From: a virus
Taxonomy: Duplodnaviria; Caudoviricetes
Length of the DNA: 55,295 nucleotides
Virus record (IMG/VR): IMGVR_UViG_3300005935_000016
Coordinates: 1-55,295 of that record
Strand: one strand, 5' to 3'
Shown piece after piece: positions 55,118 to 55,295 of this stretch. The notes beneath the pieces are model-generated. The model was not told where the DNA came from. It saw only the letters and a program-made list of their open reading frames with translations, and ran no database searches. Made by a program: the position numbers and the translations under genes. The stretch's first letter is position 1; each line of letters opens with the position of its first letter.

Positions 55118-55293
55118 TTTATAATTTTAATATTTTCTTTTGGTATATTGCCCCAACATAACACTTCCGAACCATCGAGGTTCTCTTCGAAGCATGTTAG
55201 TTTGCTATCGCCAGTTTCGACTTCTAGTAACACTCCACCTTCATGTAGTGTATCCCATCTATCTGGAAACTTTGTTAAGTACGAAAAACCAAT
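55114..55293 (-). CDS. 5'-truncated ORF, possibly ADP-ribosyltransferase/Tpt1-like fold
   Basis: ..FSYLT..VLLEV..EV...GNIPKENI; runs off the window edge. Confidence 0.35.
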   Translation of the reverse strand: MGFSYLTKFPDRWDTLHEGGVLLEVETGDSKLTCFEENLDGSEVLCWGNIPKENIKIIK

Positions 55294-55295
55294 AC

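Noticed and set aside
1-55295. Stop-codon reassignment (TAG or TGA read as sense)
   Set aside because: TAG and TGA end many well-bounded genes (e.g. 3177, 10098, 51415; ATGA overlaps), long genes have no internal stops, and the lesions include TAA and a frameshift.

Overview
The window is an AT-rich, gene-dense, largely complete genome of a tailed (HK97-fold, siphovirus-like) virus. The host is very probably an archaeon: it has BRE/TATA promoters, leaderless starts, oligo-T terminators, an S-layer-like gene and no peptidoglycan hydrolase. A DPANN-type host is an inference. The + arm (1-24.9 kb) carries an RNA-repair block (Rnl2-type ligase, AEP-like protein, class II CCA-adding/HD enzyme split by an HNH gene), a C5 DNA methyltransferase also split by an HNH gene, PolB, a frameshifted N4/N6 methyltransferase and a Cas4-like nuclease. 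It also carries a glycan-modification set (sulfotransferase, Gmd, 2 GT4, 2 GT2, 3 SAM methyltransferases, B12 radical SAM) and a microprotein operon. The - arm (55.3-24.9 kb) carries small early genes, a stand-alone 51-aa NrdD-like glycyl-radical peptide missing from the ORF track, TerL, portal-MuF fusion, protease/scaffold, capsid, two membrane-targeted sequon-rich LamG proteins, neck and tail genes, a transglutaminase-like protease plus holin-like lysis cassette, and an S-layer-like lipoprotein with its own promoter. The best candidate novel system is virus-encoded surface remodelling and glycosylation (S-layer-like protein, exported LamG proteins, glycan enzymes, Ser-Gly/Gly-Ser-rich virion proteins). 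All family calls come from motifs recognised by eye; no database searches were run.
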